Shown one piece after another: positions 1 to 11,667 of a stretch of 64,000 bases of DNA. The DNA is from Dendrobates tinctorius (Eukaryota): positions 28,520,001-28,584,000 of the forward strand of contig NW_027361788.1 in the NCBI RefSeq assembly GCF_039654945.1, given 5' to 3'. A program made the position numbers and the translations under genes. Under the pieces are notes generated by a model. It searched no databases, was not told where the DNA came from, and saw nothing but the letters and a program-made list of their open reading frames with translations. The stretch's first letter is position 1; each line of letters opens with the position of its first letter.

Positions 1-1210
1 TAATTTTTTCCATATTTTGACCCACCGAGTCATATGAGGTCTTATTTTTTGCGGGACAAGTTGACGTTTTTATTGGTACCATTTTCGGGCACGTGACATT
101 TTTTGATCGCTTTTTATTCCGATTTTTGGGACGCAGAATGAACAAAAACCAGCATTTCATGAATTTCTTTTGGGGGGGGGTGCGTTTACACCGTTCTGCG
201 TCCGGTAAAATTGATAAGGCGGTTTTATTCTTCGGGTCAGTACGGTTACAGCGATACCTCATTTGTGTCATTTTTTTATGCTTTGGCGCTTTTATGCAAT
301 GAAAACAATTTTTTTTTTTTTAAATATATTTTATTGGTTTCAATAACATACAGAATTGAAAAGAAGCGGCATTTCAAAACAAGTTCAAGGTATACAAGTT
401 CAAGGTATACAATTCGTTTGGTCATGCAAGACATTAGTATCTTATAAATTCCCCAAATACCCAACTTCTTCCCTCCGCCCTCCCTCCCCAATGAAAACAA
501 TTTTATATAAAAAATAATTATTTTTGCATCGCTTTATTCTGCGAGCTATAATTTTTTTATTTTTTCGCTGATGACGCTGTATGGTGGCTCATTTTTTGCG
601 GGACAAGATGATGTTTTCAGCGGTACCATGGTTATTTATATCCGTCTTTTTGATCGCGCGTTATTGCACTTTTTGTTCGGCGGTATGATAATGAAGCATT
701 ATTTTTTGCTTTGTTTTTTATTTTTTTAAGGGGTTCGCTAAAGGGGTTAACTAATGGGACAGTTTTATAGGGTGGGTCGTTACGGACTCGGTGATACTAA
801 ATATGTGTACTTTTAATGCTTTTTTCCAAAAAATGAATTTATTAGGGAATATTCTTTTTTTTTAAATTTCTTTAGCGATTTTTTATAAATAATGCACAGC
901 ACTCTGTCAGAACAGCAATGTGACAGGCGCTGCGCTGCTGCAGGCATTGAGAAAGATGCCTCCCTGCAGGCCTCCGAAGGTCCGCGCCACCATACTGGAT
1001 TCGGGGACATGCAGGGAAGAAGGCCCCCGCAACAGATCTGCACATCGCGCTGCTGCGGGGGTCTCAAGGAAGCACGGAGGGAGCCCCCTCCCTGCCGATG
1101 CTTCCCTAAACCCCCGGTACACTGCGATCGTGTATGATCACAGTGTGCCAGGGGTCAACGTGCCGGGGGGGCGGTCCGTGCCGGGTGTCAGCTGTGATAA
1201 TCATAGACAA
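1..1210. mobile_element. Remnant of a long non-autonomous DNA-transposon-like repeat (truncated by window edge)
   Basis: T-rich internal sequence with an AGGGGTTAA motif (~742) and a GC-rich subterminal block (900-1200) of a style common in frog genomes. No intact terminus is visible. Confidence 0.45.
309..488 (-). mobile_element. Short retroposed 3' fragment (L1/Tx1-like) with poly(A) tail
   Basis: T-run at 309-321, TTTATT (AATAAA on -) at 330-335, flanked by the direct repeat CAATGAAAACAA at 297-308 and 489-500 (TSD). Confidence 0.75.
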
Positions 1211-1551
1211 GGTAACATCCGATCTTCTGTTGGCACCACTATCACATATGGAAGAATATTCCCCCAATATAACATCCCTTATAATGTGTGCAAGACACTA
1301 TATGACATGAAGTCACTTACAGGTCTCAGGGGAACATACACGCATCGTCCACCGGCCATTAACGTCATCGGTTCATAGCTGTCAAAAAATGGCTCAATGA
1401 TAATGACCTGAAATAAGAAGATAATAGATATTCTTGCTTCTCAAATCTTGTGGGCTAAGACACAAGACATCAGAAAGTACGGTTTGTGCAGGATTGAAAA
1501 CATCTTTGAAGAGAAGAATCTACCATCAGAAAAGAATGTGACATCTCTTAT

Positions 1552-1839
1552 TGTGAATGGCTGATCCTGTGTTATTAGTCATTGTACAGAAGGTGGAGGA
1601 GATGAGCTGTGACATCACCTATTATGAATGGTGGGTCCTGTGTTATCTACTGTACATAGAGGTGTTATCAGTCATTGTACAGGAAGAAGAGGAGGTGAGC
1701 TGTGACATCTCCTATTGTGAATGGTGGATATTGTGTTATCTACTGTATATAGAGGTGTTATCAGTCATTGTACAGGAGGAAGAGGAGGTGAGCTGTGACA
1801 TCTCCTATTGTGAATGGTGGATAATGTGTTATCTACTGT
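1552..1839 (+). repeat. 93-bp tandem repeat (~3 copies; resumes at ~4331-4410 after the CR1 insertion)
   Basis: Unit GTGAATGGTGG..GTTATCTACTGTATATAGAGGTGTTATCAGTCATTGTACAGGAGG..GTGAGCTGTGACATC recurs at ~1624, 1717 and 1810. Confidence 0.85.
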
Positions 1840-2157
1840 GCATCTGTGTTCTCCAAGAAAGCAAATGCAATCTTCATGGTGCTATCGAAGTAATAATAGA
1901 ATACACACTATCTATAAACAGACAGATGGTGAGAAAACACTTAGCTAGTTTTAATGAATTTAAATCTCTTGGTCCAGATGAATTACATCCTAGGGTACTG
2001 AAAAAGTTAGAGAAAATTGCAGAACCACTAGCCAGAATCTTTGAAAAAATCCTGGAGAACAGAAGTCTCCCAGAAGACTGGAGAAGGGCAAATGTTGTCC
2101 CTATCTTCAAAGCAGGAAAGCGGATGGAGCCAGGAAATTACAGGCCAGTGAGCCTAA

Positions 2158-2595
2158 AGGCCCCATTAGCCTAAAGGCCCCGTTAAAAGCATCAATGTCC
2201 CAGCGATCCGACGTGGATGGGATCGCTGGGACATAGTTAGCTGATCGCTGGTGAGCTGTTACATAGACAGACCCACCAGCGATCAGGACCAGCGAGCAAG
2301 CTGGTATCCAAGGTAAACAGCGTGTATCTAAGAGCCGCGTGGTGCTTAGTTACCCGCTGTTTACCCTGGATACCAGCTCCAGCTCGCTGATCGCTGCTCT
2401 CCCGCTGCCACACGCAGCTATGCATGCTGGCCAGCGGGAGACCCATGATCAAAAAACGGCCCAGGACGTTGAAGTGCGATCAGCGATACCCGGCGGGGGG
2501 GGGCGGTCACTGATACATTTCACACACAGCGATATTGCTGGCGAGATCGCTGTGGCGCCACAAAATCAGCGATCTCGCTGTGTGTGACGGGGCCT
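2158..2595. mobile_element. Harbinger/Tourist-like MITE inserted in CR1
   Basis: TIR AGGCCCC..GGGGCCT, TAA/TTA target, CAGCGATC-rich internal palindromes. Its removal rejoins CR1 PVSL|TSIP. A 17-bp tandem duplication lies at the left junction (2151-2184). Confidence 0.85.
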
Positions 2596-2673
2596 TTACT
2601 TCTATACCACGAAAGATCTTTGAACAAATCATTAAACAGCATGTATGTAAGTACTTAGATAAGAATAAAGTAA

Positions 2674-3068
2674 AGGGGGCTTTATACATAGCGATATCGC
2701 TATCAATATCGCTAAAGCGTCACCGATTTTGTGATGCAGCAGCGATATTCCTAGCGATATTGCTACATGTGATACTTACCTCCGACCGGCTCCCCCGCTG
2801 GTTATCGCTGATCGCGCAAGATCAGCCTGGTCCATTTCTCGTCGTCGGCTTCCTGCTGGCACCGATGAGCGAGCCATGGACACAGGCGGAAGTCAGACAC
2901 CCTTGCCGCGTCTGAAAGGTAAGTATCGACCTCCGACCGCTGCTGCATCGCTAGTGAGATCTGCCTGTTTGGCAGCTCACTAGCGACCATTTAGTGATGC
3001 ACCAGCGATCCTGACCGGGTCGTTTCGTGGTCGGGATCGCTGGTGCATCGCTAAATGTAAAGGGGCCT
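2674..3068. mobile_element. Harbinger/Tourist-like MITE inserted in CR1 (same family as 12950-13342)
   Basis: TAA TSD at 2671-2673 and 3069-3071, terminal inverted repeats. Its removal rejoins CR1 KNKV|IIQSQH. Confidence 0.85.
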
Positions 3069-4708
3069 TAATTATCCAGAGCCAGCATGGGTTTGTAGCA
3101 ACAAGTCACGCCAGACTAATCTGATTACCTTCTATGTACCTTCTATGATGGAATCATTGACTGGGTGAATCAGGGAAAAGCGATAGATATAGTATATCCA
3201 TTTGATAAAGTATCTCATACTAACCATTTTTTTTTTTTTTTTTAAATGACCAAGTATGGGATTGACAAGGCTACTATTATGTGAATTCATAAATGGCTCA
3301 GTGATTGTACTCAAAGAGTAGTAATAAATAGTTGCACATCTAATTGGAAAAGTGTTTTAAGTCGAGTACCACAAGCCTCTGTCCTGGCCCCAGTGTTGTT
3401 CAAACTTTTTATAAATGATCTAGATAAGGAAACTGAAGGTAAACTGATCAAATTTGCAGACAATGAAAAGCTAGGAGAGATAGTTAACACTAGAGAAGAC
3501 AGAGAAAGGATTCATAAGGATCTAGATAATCTTGAACAATGGGCAGCTACTAAAAGAAAGGTATTTAACAGGGAAAAATGCAAGATTCTACATCTGGGCA
3601 AAAAAAATAAATTTACATCTACAAAATGGGAGGAATAGAACTAAGCAACAGCAAGTGTGTAAAAGACCTGGGTATACTAATAGATCACAGACTGCAAATG
3701 CGTCAATAGTATGATGCAGCAGCAAAAAGGGAAAACACAGTTCTGGGATGTATTAAGAGAGGCATAGAGTCTAGATCATGTCAAGTAATTATGCCCCTTT
3801 ACTCCTCCTTGGTCAGACCTCATCTGGAATACTGTATCCAGTTCTGGGCACCACATTTTTAAAATACATCAACAAACTGGAGCAAGTTGAGAGAAGATAT
3901 ACCAGGATGGTGAGCTGACTGCAAAGTATATTCTATGAGGAATGGTTAAAGGATCTGGGAATGTTTAGCTTGCAAAAAAAAAAAAAGGCTAGGAGGAGAC
4001 TTAATGGCTGTCTACAAATATCTGAAGGGATGTCACAGTGTAGAGGGAGTATCATTATTCTCATTTGCACATGGAAATACGAGAAGCGATAGAATTAAAT
4101 TGAAAGGGAGAAGATACAGATTAGATATTAGAGAAAAAACTTTTTGACATTAAGGGTAATCAATGAGTGGAACAGGCTGCCACGAGAGATTGTGAGTTCT
4201 CCTTCAATGAAAGTCTTCAAACAAAGGCTGGACAGACAGCTGTCTGAGATGGTTTAGTGAATCCTGCATTGAGCAGAGGGTTGGACACGTCTCTGGAGGT
4301 CCCTTCCAACTCTAACATTACATGATTCTACTGTATATAGGGGTGTTATCAGTCACTGTACAGGAGGAGAAGGTGAGTTGTGAATGGTGGATCTACTGTA
4401 TACAGAAGTATTGTCTTTCAATATAATCATGTCTGTGATGATGAGACACCTGAAGTGTTCTGTACAGATCAGGAATCTGAGTCTAGTATGAGGCCTATTG
4501 GCCACTGTGAAAGTTGCAACTGTTCAGATTTTTTTTTTTTATACAGATCGTGATATGGAAATGTGAAAAAAAAACAATATCAAACACGTTTAAAGAATAT
4601 ATTTACCGTAAAAATTTAAATTTAAACTCTGAAATGTAGACTATATAATATAGCCGAGGGAAACAATCCCTAATATATAATTTATCGGGTGATACTATAG
4701 TGTAATAC

Positions 4709-4858
4709 CTCATCTCCTTCATCCACCAAAGCCTGAAAAGCACAAAAAAGAGCGCCATAGGCACCGACAGACACCATCACGTTAGTGATAGGATTCAGTT
4801 CCTGTTCAAACAGAGGTCCAAACATCTGGGCGAGGGCCTTCACCAAAGGAGGGTGTCC
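4709..4858 (-). CDS. KYAT1: Kynurenine aminotransferase 1 / glutamine transaminase K, coding exon (150 bp)
   Basis: GHPPLVKALAQMFGPLFEQELNPITNVMVSVGAYGALFCAFQALVDEGDE, with ctgcag| acceptor and |gtatta donor. The gene continues beyond the left window edge. Confidence 0.95.
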
Positions 4859-5162
4859 CTGCAGAGAAGGAACATGGTTGAGGATGGGGGTCAAGTACAG
4901 GATAAGAGTTACACAGAAGTGTGCCGATACCGTGGAGTTGCCTGCCTATTACTATAAAATTACCCAGAAACATACAACTGCTGCCTAATCTGTACCAGAA
5001 AAATTTGGACTCCCTTATAAATATGTAGAACCTCATTTTTTATGGCACTTGAAGGCATGAATTATGTCATCGCTAGACATTGACTGCTGACATGATGATG
5101 TCATCTCTTAAGCAATGACTGAATAGATGATGTCATTTCTAGCTACAGATTGACATACTCAC

Positions 5163-5313
5163 AAAGGCTCTGGTGTACTGGTTCAGTAAAGTGCCCTCAT
5201 CTTTGATGGCTTTGGAAAACGCTTCTCTCACATAACTCGGAGGCGAAAAATCGGGGAAGCCTTGTCCCAGGTTCACGGTTTTATACTTATCTGCGAGGCT
5301 GACGAACTCCACC
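5163..5313 (-). CDS. KYAT1: KYAT1 coding exon (151 bp)
   Basis: (W)VEFVSLADKYKTVNLGQGFPDFSPPSYVREAFSKAIKDEGTLLNQYTRAF contains the NLGQGFPDF motif of class-I aminotransferases. ttgcag| and |gtgagt; phases match the neighbouring exons. Confidence 0.95.
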
Positions 5314-6289
5314 CTGCAAGAGACATATCAGGGTAAAGTCATGAGAAGCCATGGGCGCAGCTCAGATCTTTGACAATCACAAACCTCCCCTGGCATTCCC
5401 TTTCCCCGGCTATAGGGGTTATACAATGGCGGGACAGGCCTTTAGGCAACAATACATAGATTTCACACAGTGCCCCATCACATGTTTTTTTCATCTCCTG
5501 CCATTTCCCTCTGTTCTTCACTAAAGAGAAGTGTTCATCAAACACTGGCACCTTAGGTAACCACCTATATTGCCTGCACCTCATCCCAACCCTAGTTTTA
5601 CGAACATTTTCTTGTAATTGGCCAGGTTTAACTTCAAAGTCCAATCCTCCTGGTAATTAAGCATCTACCAGAGGTATCTGGCAGCGTATTCCCCTTCTCC
5701 ATTTAAACACAAGTACGCTCGGCTGGATCAAGTGTGCACGTGTGTGAAGTTGTTGGGAAAAATGACAGGTGCTGCTTAAAGGGGCTCTCCAGGAATTACT
5801 GTATATATTGATAATTTCATCATTGAATACAGCTGATTAGTGGGGGTGACAGATGGAGGACCCCTCACTGGTCTGATTTTGATTACCCAGCCAAAAGATC
5901 AATCACTGATCTACAAATCCTGGACAACTCCTATAAGTCTATTTTAACCAGTGTGAGGTCAGCAAAGTCAGACTATAATACTCTAACATTAATGGCAGAG
6001 CTATGAAGTGAAACTTGTCTACGACTGGACAACCCCTTATAAATGGCCCCAGAACGCTGCATAATTAAATAAAAAAACCCTTATAGTTACATCCTGGACC
6101 AGCGCTGCGCCTCTGCTTTCAGCCATGTGCCCCTTGTTAGTCTCCTGGCACAAACAATGTCACAAGACCGCTGCAGCCAATTAAGACACTGATCGTCTGC
6201 AGCCTTCAAAATTTTGGCAGAGTGGACAATCAGTGTTTTTTTCTTCTCGTGACGGATGCAGTGGTCACATGCCAATGTGTCCGACTCAC

Positions 6290-6342
6290 CAGATATTTTC
6301 ATCCACTCCCTCCAGTCTCCGGGCGTGGATCCGTTTTGCCAT
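6290..6342 (-). CDS. KYAT1: KYAT1 first canonical coding exon (exon 6290-6348, ATG at 6342)
   Basis: MAKRIHARRLEGVDENIW resembles the mammalian KYAT1 N-terminus. atacag|GACAAGATG acceptor and |gtgagt donor. Synteny with LRRC8A and PHYHD1 favours KYAT1 over KYAT3. Confidence 0.92.
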
Positions 6343-9300
6343 CTTGTCCTGTATTTGGGTGGTAAAAGCATAGAGTAGTGAGAAGCAGGTCTGGATCCCC
6401 CTACTTTGTAAAGTACAGTGATCAGATGATCGACCCCCCCACCCTTTCCATACAGAACCGGGCAGAAAAAGCAGACGCTGGACTTTGGACCTTGCGACAG
6501 CTAAAGAATGTGAGTGCATTCTAGCGGAGAGGATGAGTGTAAGATGTGTGCACCAGAGTGTGCAGCACTGTGCCTGCTTGAATGGAGCTGTACATTAACG
6601 GACACAGGAGATTATGAAATGATGAACTATGTGACCTCCAGCTCTGACCCGGAGGGCAAAGAATTCTGTAGAAGGGTTAATTAATAACATGGTAGATTAC
6701 AAAACAGCTGTTATACACGCTGCTAATCATTTCATACTAGATGGAAAGTCATTGTGTGGACCGATGTTTCTGGTGTGTAATGGCAATTCAGTGGCAAACT
6801 GCAGCATCCATGCATTGTTCACCAAAAGTTGGTAAAAAGTCTTAAAAAAAGGATTTTGGTACTCACCGTAAAATTTCTTTGCTTGGAGCCTTCATTGGGG
6901 GACACAGGTAACCATGTGTGTATGCTGATGACACTAGACAAAGTGATTTTACGGTCAGTGCCAAAAATCCTTTTTTATTCTTTCATTGGAGTACACAGTT
7001 AACAATGGTATGTCCTAAATCAGTCCCAAGGGAGAGAACAGACTGTAGTGTTCATATCAGATTGGACAAAGGGCAACCATCGCTTGCAACACTTTACTAC
7101 CTAGGTCGGTATCAGCCGAGGAGTAGGTATGTAGCCTAAATAAACTTGCTAAAGAATGAAGAGATGACAAGGAAGTGGCCTGGCAAACCCGGACTGGAGA
7201 GGCCTGGTGGCAAACAGCCCAGGAGGCCCCCACTGCATGGGAGAAATGAGCTTATGGTCTATACTTAACTCGATAAGCCTCCAGTATAGTCGAACTGATC
7301 CAGCAGGTGATAGACTTGGAGGCAGGTAGTCCCTTACAACAATCCACAGGAATGACAAACAAGGCATCCGAACGCCTGAAGGATGTGGTCCTTGAGAAGA
7401 AGAGCATCCAGCTTGTGGAGATAGTTTTCAAGAGGATGGGCAAAAGGAAGGAAGGACAATATCCTCATTGAGGTGAAAAAGGGAGACTACCTTAGGAAGG
7501 AATGAAGAAACTGGTCGCAAGACCACCTTGTTCTGTTGAAAGACAAGGAAAGGAGAAAAGCAAGAGAGCTGCTTATTCGGAGACCCATCTAATAGAAGTG
7601 ATTGCAACTAAAAAGGCTACCTTCCAGGGGAGAAGAAGCAATGTCCTGTATGGGGATTGAAGGGGGATCCCTGAAGAATGTTCAAGACTAAGCTAAGGTC
7701 AAACGGGTCCATAGGGGGACGATATGGTGGCGCTACGCGGTCAACATCCTGAATGAAGGTCTTGACCTGGGGACGAGAGGCCAAATTCCGCTGAAACAGG
7801 ATTGAGAACGTGGATACCTGACCCTTGAAAGTATTAAGGGACAAACTGGACTCCAGCCCTGATTGTAAGAACACCAGGATGAAAGGAATGGAAAAAGACA
7901 TGAGTGCTGTGTAACTATCCTCACACCAGTGAAAGAGAGCCTTCCAGGTCCAGTGATAAATGCTTGAGGATGAAGGTTTCATTGCCCTGATCATGGTCTG
8001 TATGACCTAGGATGAGAAACCTGTCTCCTTCAGGACTACGGCCTCATCGGCCATGCCAATAAATTGAGAGACCAAAAATTCTGGTTGAATAGGGGATGCT
8101 GAGAGAGTAGGTCTGGTCAGTCTGAAAGTTTTCAAGGTATATCCACGAGTAGGTTGATTAATTCTGTGTACCAGGCTCTTCTGTGCCAGTCTGGGGGCAA
8201 CTAGGATGACTGGAACTCCCTCCTCCTTGATTTTCTTGATAAGTCAGGGGATCAGAGGAAGAGGTGGAAAAAAGTATGGAAGTCAAAACGGAGACCAGGA
8301 ATTGAATGGGGCATCATGACTGACTGCCAGAGGGTTGCAAGACCTGGCCATGAAACAAGGGACCTTGTGATTCATCAGAGGCGACATCAGAATGACAGTG
8401 GGAGTGCCCCACCTTTGACAGATCTGATCGAACACAGATGGGTTGATGGACCACTCGTCCGATGGGAGACCCTGACGGCTTAGGAAGTGGACCGCCCAGT
8501 TGTCCATGCCTGGAATATGCACAGCTGATATTGCTGGCACGTGCCGCTTGTCCCAAGTTACAATCTGTGAGACGTCTGACATGGGGGACTTGTTGCGTGG
8601 CCCGCCCTGGTCGTTTATGTATGCACAGTTGTGGCATTGTCGGATTGAATGTGAACTGGTCGGTCCAGTAGAAGGTCCTGCCAGTGGAGAAGAGAGAGGT
8701 AGATAGCTCTGATCTCCAAATGGTTGATGGGAAGGGAGGATTCCTGAGCGTTCCAATGACCTTGGTCTGTGTGATGAAGGAAGACCAACTACCATCCAAG
8801 AGACTGGCATCCGTCGTGACAACTTGCCAGTGAACAGGAAGGAATAATCTCCCCTGCCAAACGGAGGGGAGAGATTCCACCATGCCAGAGACTACCTCAC
8901 TAGAAAAGGCAGAAGTAGGGGTGATCCAGAGAGGAGATCCTTTTGTCCCAAGCTAACAGGAGGTCCAGCTGTAGGGGCTGGGTATGGAATTGTGCGAAAG
9001 GGACAGCTTCCATTGCAGTAATCACCTTCCCTAGAACTCTCCTTTAGAGTGGAATAGAGCGTGAGGATGAGTGACTTAGAGCATGAAACCCCAGGCTGAG
9101 TGCAGAAATCTTTTCCTTTGGAAGAAGGACTTTTGCGTGAGCGGTATAGAACAGTATGCCAAAAAAAACTAGGCGCTGGGCAGGGACCAGAGACAATTTT
9201 GCTGTGTTGACGACCCATCCTAGATGGGAAGGAGTGTCGAGGGTGACCTGAAGACTTTCTGAACAGTCTCAGAAAAATGGACCCTTGATCAGGAGGTCGT

Positions 9301-10838
9301 CCAGATAGAGAATGAATGCAATCCCCTTGGAATGAAAAATGGCCATGACAGTCACAATAACCTTCGTGAACACTCTGGGAGCCGAGGCCATCTCGAAGGT
9401 GAGAGCTGTGAACTGGTAGTGCTCCCCATGGACCGTGAAGCAGAGAAACCTCTGATGTAACAAGCAGAGCGGGATGTGGAGGCTGAGCATAGGAACTCCT
9501 CAGGTTCAATAAAGGCAATTACAGTGCAGAGGAATCCCAATGAGAAATGACGAAGGCACACCAGCCAGTTTAGTAGCTTGAGATACAGCCCTTAGAAGCA
9601 CAAAAAGATTGGAATAGAAACATGAGAAGTGTTCCTGAGAGGGAACAGGTATGTCGATGGCTTGGAAGAAACCAGGGACCCCATATGTCATCCTGGGAGG
9701 GCAGACATGAAAAAACATCTGCATGGGAAAGAAGAGAATTCTATCTTGTAACCTGTGGGGATGATTTCCCTGACCCAGGCATCATCAACAATGGAGAGAT
9801 CCAGGAAAGTAGAAGATGGCCACCTACCCTGAGAGAATTATTTTCATGCATAAGAGAATCTATTGGATAGGGCACCAGAGTGTTTGGCAGAGCGTCTGTT
9901 AGAGCGCCATGATGGGGTGGGCTTGAACGACGACTTTATTCACTCTTCCCGGATCGGGGACTAATCTCGCTTGGAGGAGGTTCCAGAGGAAGAGAAATTA
10001 TGAAAGGGACGAAACTGAAGAGAATGTCTTCTGGTGAACAGAAGTTTAGGCTTAGGCTGGCGAAGAGAGGTACTCTTACCACCGTTGGCTTCCAAGATGA
10101 GCTGATCCAGTTTACACCCAAAGAGTCGTGATGCCGGAAAGGAAAGATTGGTAATGCCAGGTCTGCATTCCATGACTTCAGCAAGAAAATTCTGCATGTG
10201 GCAACAATATTGGTGGTAACAGTGGCGGAACAGCTGGTGGTGTCAAGAGATGCAACAAGTAGATATTTACCTACGTAGGCAATCTGGTCCCCAAGCTCAG
10301 CCAGTTCATCTGGTGAGGCCGCTGATAAAATGCCCTGCCCAGGCGGAAACCAACTTGGTTACTCATGTGGATGCGAAGGCGAGACAGAGAGAGGCACCAG
10401 AATCCTCAAAGGCGGATTTGGCAAGGGCCCCGATCTGTATGTCAGTGGAGTTCTTGAGAGAGGAGCCATCAGGAAGTGACAGAACAGTTTTAGCCAAAAA
10501 TCATGAGACGGTCGTCTGTCGGGTCGACGGCCAGGGATTTTGCCCATTTGCTGAGAAGATCAGTACCGAAAGGATATAAGATATACAACTGCCTTCAAAT
10601 TGGGAAGTGCTTTTCCGGGTGTTAGCCATGTAGAGTGATGAGCTGAGCCCTCCAATAGGCTGGAGAGTGTGCACGTGAGCCCTCGCGCGCTGATTGGCTG
10701 GCATGCACGAGGGAGGACATGTACGGAGGAAGTAGAGGCCTGAGAAGACGGGGAGTAAATTTTTCGCGCGATGAAAGGGGAAAGATGCTGGAGCATCCAT
10801 AATCACTGTAGATGCTCCCTTGCTGCCTTGAAGGGTAA

Positions 10839-11272
10839 GGCTGGCTTCACATTTGCGTTTGGAGGCGCAGCGGATACTCGCCGTGAAGCTCCGCTCCCTG
10901 CTGTGCCTCTTTCGGTCAGCTCCGCATATGGGAGCAAGCCGCTGCATGCGGCCTGCGTATCCTATCTTTAGCATTAGGTACGCAGGCTGTGCGCAGGTAT
11001 GCTTTTGCCGCCGCATGCGTCCTTTTGACGGTGCGGCGACATGCGCCAAATGCAACATGTTGCATTTTGGTGCGATCACCGCACCGTCAAAAGGATGCAT
11101 GCGGCGGCAAAAGCATACCTGTGCACGGCCTAGTACCCAATGCTAAAGATAGGGTACGCAGGCCGCATGCAGCGGCATGCGCCCATAGGCGGAGCTGACC
11201 GGAGGAGCGGCAGGGGGCGGAGCTTCACAGTGAGCGTCCGCTGCGCATCCAAAAGCAAATGTGAAACTAGCC
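10839..11272. mobile_element. Palindromic Harbinger/Tourist-like MITE inside the DIRS
   Basis: TIR GGCTGGCTTCACATTTGC / GCAAATGTGAAACTAGCC, TAA TSD. The whole 434 bp folds back around ~11055. Confidence 0.9.
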
Positions 11273-11667
11273 TAACTGTGGGGAAGAAAGGAGGGACTTT
11301 ACTTGTGTCGTCGAGGTCCCAGCTCCCTCTTCTCAATATAGGATGGCGTCAGGAGCCCCAAGGTATGGAGTGTGTGTGTGTGTGTGTGTGTGTGTGGGGG
11401 GGGAGTCACTGGCAAAGAATCAAATGTCCTTCTACCCGCACCGCCGTGGACCCAGACGGTGCAGAAGACGGTGGTGACTCGAAGGGGAGGGCCACTGAGG
11501 AGTGACCACCGTCTTCCTCCTGGTAACACTCTGAGGAGAGGGTTGGGGTATGGAAAAAGCAAGGGACCACCCAGAGACACGCTGGAAGTGTCAGGGCGTA
11601 AGGTCCTGCCTCGCAGACCAGAGAGGGTATGATGTAGACGGCACCATACTGTTCTCTCGGTCACATA

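Larger units (their letters stand above)
1840..4326 (+). mobile_element. 5'-truncated CR1 LINE (degenerate ORF2 RT), interrupted by two MITEs
   Basis: Peptides GPDELHPRVLK, PEDWRRANVVPIFK..PGNYRPVSL|TSIP, SQHGF, LFINDL..KFADN. CR1-type 3' end GGTCCCTTCCAACTCTAACATTACATGATTCTA. TCTACTGT flanks both ends (1832-1839, 4327-4334). Confidence 0.9.

Noticed and set aside
1557-2174. 205-aa ORF with repeated hydrophobic segments
   Set aside because: Chance fusion of the 93-bp tandem repeat with the CR1 ORF2 fragment.
6343-6519. Upstream in-frame extension of the KYAT1 ATG exon in the ORF track
   Set aside because: Starts at a non-ATG codon and crosses the acceptor at 6348/6349, so it is intronic.
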